Positions 60,701-64,000 of a stretch of 64,000 nt of DNA are shown here, one piece after another (the first letter of the stretch is position 1; every line of letters starts with the position of its first letter). Position numbers and translations under genes: made by a program. The notes under the pieces are model-generated. The model was not told the DNA's origin and ran no database searches. It saw only the letters and a list, made by a program, of their open reading frames with translations. Source of the DNA: Bugula neritina. Lineage: Eukaryota > Animalia > Bryozoa. The stretch spans positions 34,099,504 to 34,163,503 of the forward strand of contig OZ037765.1 in the NCBI GenBank assembly GCA_964035545.1. Direction: 5' to 3'.

Positions 60701-63700
60701 AAATTGCATTCTTTTTTATATTGATTTTATGTCTCCTAATTTAGAATGCTTATTTGAAAACTTTAGTGTCAACATAGAGCACATAACTCCAAATTACACG
60801 ACTCTTGCTGTGTTTGTAGAAACTAAGAAAGAGCCTGGAGCTAAGCAAGTTTGTAAGAGAAAGCATCTGTCAAAATACTGTGAGTTATCCCCACAATCTA
60901 TTGTACCTCCTGAACCCCCCCCCCCCCCGACACACTTCATTTGCGCAGTAGTTGGAATATTTATATATATCTTAGCTATCATCTACATACTGTTTGAGGG
61001 TTGTATGATCAAACAATTTTGCGTAAGCATGTCTTGAATTATTGTAGGATTTCTAATGGTTTGCTGAGAACATTTCTAGTTTGCTCAAAAGTTAGCTGTA
61101 TTATAAAACTAATAGTAATTTTTGCTGACTTTCATTGAATGCTATTTTTGGTTGCTGCAACACTGAGCTGGTTTGAAAGTTTAAATTATGGATGTACATT
61201 GTTTACTATCTGACTCATCTTTTTCTTTATATAGGATGATGATGACTCAGAGGTTGATGAGGAGATCGAAGAAGTAACAGGAAGTGATCTCATCAGTGCA
61301 GGAGACACCATTGTACTGGAGTTTGCTCCGTCTAAACCTTCTAACCTACACACCGACTCAAAGACTTCCAGTGAGTCACTTTGAATAGTCTGACTGTGTT
61401 ATGGCACCACATGTTTCAGTTTCTAGTCACTTTGAGTTTGCTCCACACCGGCACGTTATATTTTCAGCTAAGAGCTCTCTCTCTAGTCATAAGACAACCA
61501 GGAGTAAGCAGGAAGCTGGGAGGCAGATTCATCTCAGACCAAGTAAGAACCGTGATTTCAAATTTAGAAAATTTACTATTTTTTGATGGCGAGGAGTTTT
61601 AAATATTCCTTCAATCACAGCACACAAACTTGGTGTTTATTTTATGTGTTTTTATTTCATTAATATTAGTTATGTGTTGTCATTAATGTTAAATAAAATC
61701 ATATTTGGTAAATTTCAAACAGTTTACTAACGTTTTTTGTAAAAGAGTATAATTGTTATAAATATAACAAATTATATAATGTGATATGCATTAAATATAG
61801 TAAGTTATATAATAAAATAACAATATATAATAAAAAAATTAAAATACATAATAAATATGATAATACATAATATATTGTGCCATAAATATAATATAACATG
61901 TAATATAATAAATAATAAATAGTAGATTATATAATAAATATAATATATTAGATAATGAATTAGTGTAGAAAGTCAACAAGCTGCTAAATGCGTTTGATTG
62001 CGTTCTCTAAACTCTGCAGGTAAAACCCCCGACAAGACACCCCGCCCACTCTCCTCCGTGAAAAGGAAGTCAACTGACACTAAGACTGAGAGTGTGGAGC
62101 AGAGAAGCCAGGTGTTGTCTGCCCTTGCTAAGGAGAATCAGCAACTCAGCGAGTATCGTAGAATTTCAGAGAAGGTCTGTTATATATTGTAATATATTCA
62201 CAGTAATATAGTAATACTGTGTGTTATGTATTGTAATATATTCACAGTAATATAGTAATACTGTGTGTTATATATAGTAATATATTCACAGTAATATAGT
62301 AATACTATGTGTTATATATAGTAATATATTAACAGTAATATAGTAATACTGTGTGTTATATATAGTAATATATTAACAGTAATATAGTAATACTGTGTGT
62401 TATATATAGTAATATATTCACAGTAATATAGTAATACTATATGTTATATATAGTAATATAGTAATACTGTGTGTTATATATAGTAATATATTCACTGTAA
62501 TATAGTAATACTATGTGTTATATATAGTAATATACTCACAGTAATATAGTAATACTATGTGTTATGTATTGTAATATATTCACAGTGATATAGTAATACT
62601 GTGTGTTATGTATTGTAATATATTCACAGTGATATAGTAATACTATGTGTTATATATAGTAATATACTCACAGTAATATAGTAATACTATGTGTTATGTA
62701 TTGTAATATATTCACAGTGATATAGTAATACTGTATGTTGTATATAGTAATACAATCACAGTAATATAGTAATACTATGTCGGCAGGGAGGAAACTCAGG
62801 GCCACTCATCAACAGCTTCATGCTGAGTACAGATGAAGACATCAAGGAGGTGGAGGGAAGAGTCCTGCAGATGGAGCCACGGCAGCAACGGCAGCTCATC
62901 AAAACTCTCTACCAGCTGGAGAAGACGGTACGACCTTCTAGCACGGCGGTCACCACCAGAGGAAGCAAACATGGCCGTTCAAAGGTAACATAACCACAGC
63001 CGCATTGTCTATAAATGTATTGTTACCTGTACACTTACGGTAGTCATGTAGACTAAGCTGCTCAACTGTTAGTTTCTCCTCCATTGTGATGATGTGACTC
63101 TTGTGATGATGTGACCCTTGTGATCATGTGACTCTTGTGATCATGTGACCTTTGTGATGATGTGACCCTTGTGATCATGTGACTCTTGTGATCATGTGAC
63201 CTTTGTGATCATGTGACCCTTGTGATCATGTGACTCTTGTGATCATGTGACCTTTGTGATCATGTGACCTTTGTGATCATGTGACCTTTGTGATCATGTG
63301 ACCTTTGTGATGATGTGACCCTTGTGATCTTGTGACCCTTGTGATCATGTGACCCTTGTGATCATGTGACCCTTGTGATCATGTGACTCTCATGTCCAGA
63401 GTAAAGACACGGAAGTACACAAGGTGGTGTTGGAGTTGGTGTCTAACTGGGGACACAATAAGCTGATTGGATTGACTGAGATCATGCTGCTAGACGAGTG
63501 CAATAGACGGTTGGAGGTGAACACCTCCTTCCTCAGGGTTGACGGAGCAAAGAACTTTGTTGGTGCTGAGGCTAACTTATTCAACAACAAATATCGGGTA
63601 TTTAGTTACTTTATTTTCTGATTTCAATTGTTTTATTCTTTTATCAACTGATTTGTGGAAGTTGTTTTATATATTCTGCTGACACGCTACTGGATGTATT

Positions 63701-63916
63701 TTGCTATCACGCTATTGGGTGTATTATGCTATCACGCTATTGGCTGTATTATGCCGACACGCTATTGGCTGTATTCTGTAGACTGTGAAGGATAGGAACA
63801 TGTTTTGCTGCCAGAGGTCGGGTCAACGTCCTGTCAGCCTCTCTTTCAGAATAGAAATTCCTCTCGGGTCACAGATTAGTAAAGTTAGGATATGGAACTA
63901 CAACAAAAGTCTAAAT
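57705..63916 (+). CDS. KATNIP: Katanin-interacting protein (KIAA0556), 5' part; continues off the right edge
   Basis: Exons 57705-57723, 57903-57991, 58113-58186, 58558-58727, 59082-59264, 59785-59852, 60498-60590, 60820-60879, 61235-61370, 61468-61542, 62020-62174, 62787-62984, 63400-63597, 63782-63916, in phase. Motifs YDEYLFLLQQRN, EKGFSLYVNGAN, DYSEDFE, SNWGHNKLIGLTEI and IWNYNKSLN. Confidence 0.88.
60016..60480. repeat. 29-nt minisatellite AGCTGTAGCACTTGTTACTGGTGTCATCA, ~16 copies, ending near the KATNIP acceptor at 60497
   Basis: Visible tandem array. Confidence 0.93.
60588..60700 (+). repeat. 25-nt unit duplicating the KATNIP donor at 60591, ~5 copies
   Basis: Unit TCT|GTAAGTATATCAACTACTTACC. 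Confidence 0.88.
62178..62780. repeat. AT-rich ~44-nt minisatellite filling a KATNIP intron from donor to acceptor
   Basis: Unit TGTTATATATAGTAATATATTCACAGTAATATAGTAATACTGTG. Confidence 0.9.
63085..63392. repeat. 17-nt minisatellite GTGATCATGTGACCCTT ending at the KATNIP acceptor at 63399
   Basis: Visible tandem array. Confidence 0.92.
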
Positions 63917-64000
63917 GCAAGTACTATAACTTAGAAGTCATTTTATAGAATTTTGATGATGAAATTTGAGACTGAAAGTTTTGTTTGTGTTGTGGAACTT

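Overview
AT-rich, intron-rich animal genomic DNA, probably an invertebrate (the organism cannot be identified from the sequence). Eight protein-coding genes were assembled by hand using splice sites and reading-frame phase. In order: an unidentified gene running off the left edge (-), a single-coding-exon disordered protein with a PP1-type RVxF motif (+), FADS6 (+), a cystathionine/methionine gamma-lyase-family enzyme (-), a divergent BBOX1-like dioxygenase (+), NPC1 (-, 26 exons), NPRL3 (+, head-to-head with NPC1), and KATNIP/KIAA0556 (+, runs off the right edge). Two non-coding signals stand out. (1) Intron 2 of the BBOX1-like gene holds three hammerhead-ribozyme motifs among (TA)n runs. Two lie head-to-head in a 210-bp palindrome with Penelope-like features, and one lies in a highly structured ~270-bp retrozyme-like unit. 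(2) A large share of introns carry their own private minisatellite. Many start exactly at a splice junction and copy the exon edge plus donor or acceptor 4-19 times, and some also carry the reverse complement of the donor. A CACTG-ended DNA transposon with a 3-bp target-site duplication (TSD) sits in FADS6 intron 1. Most long ORFs in the supplied track are repeat artefacts. All identifications come from reading motifs and from remembered homologs; no database searches were run.
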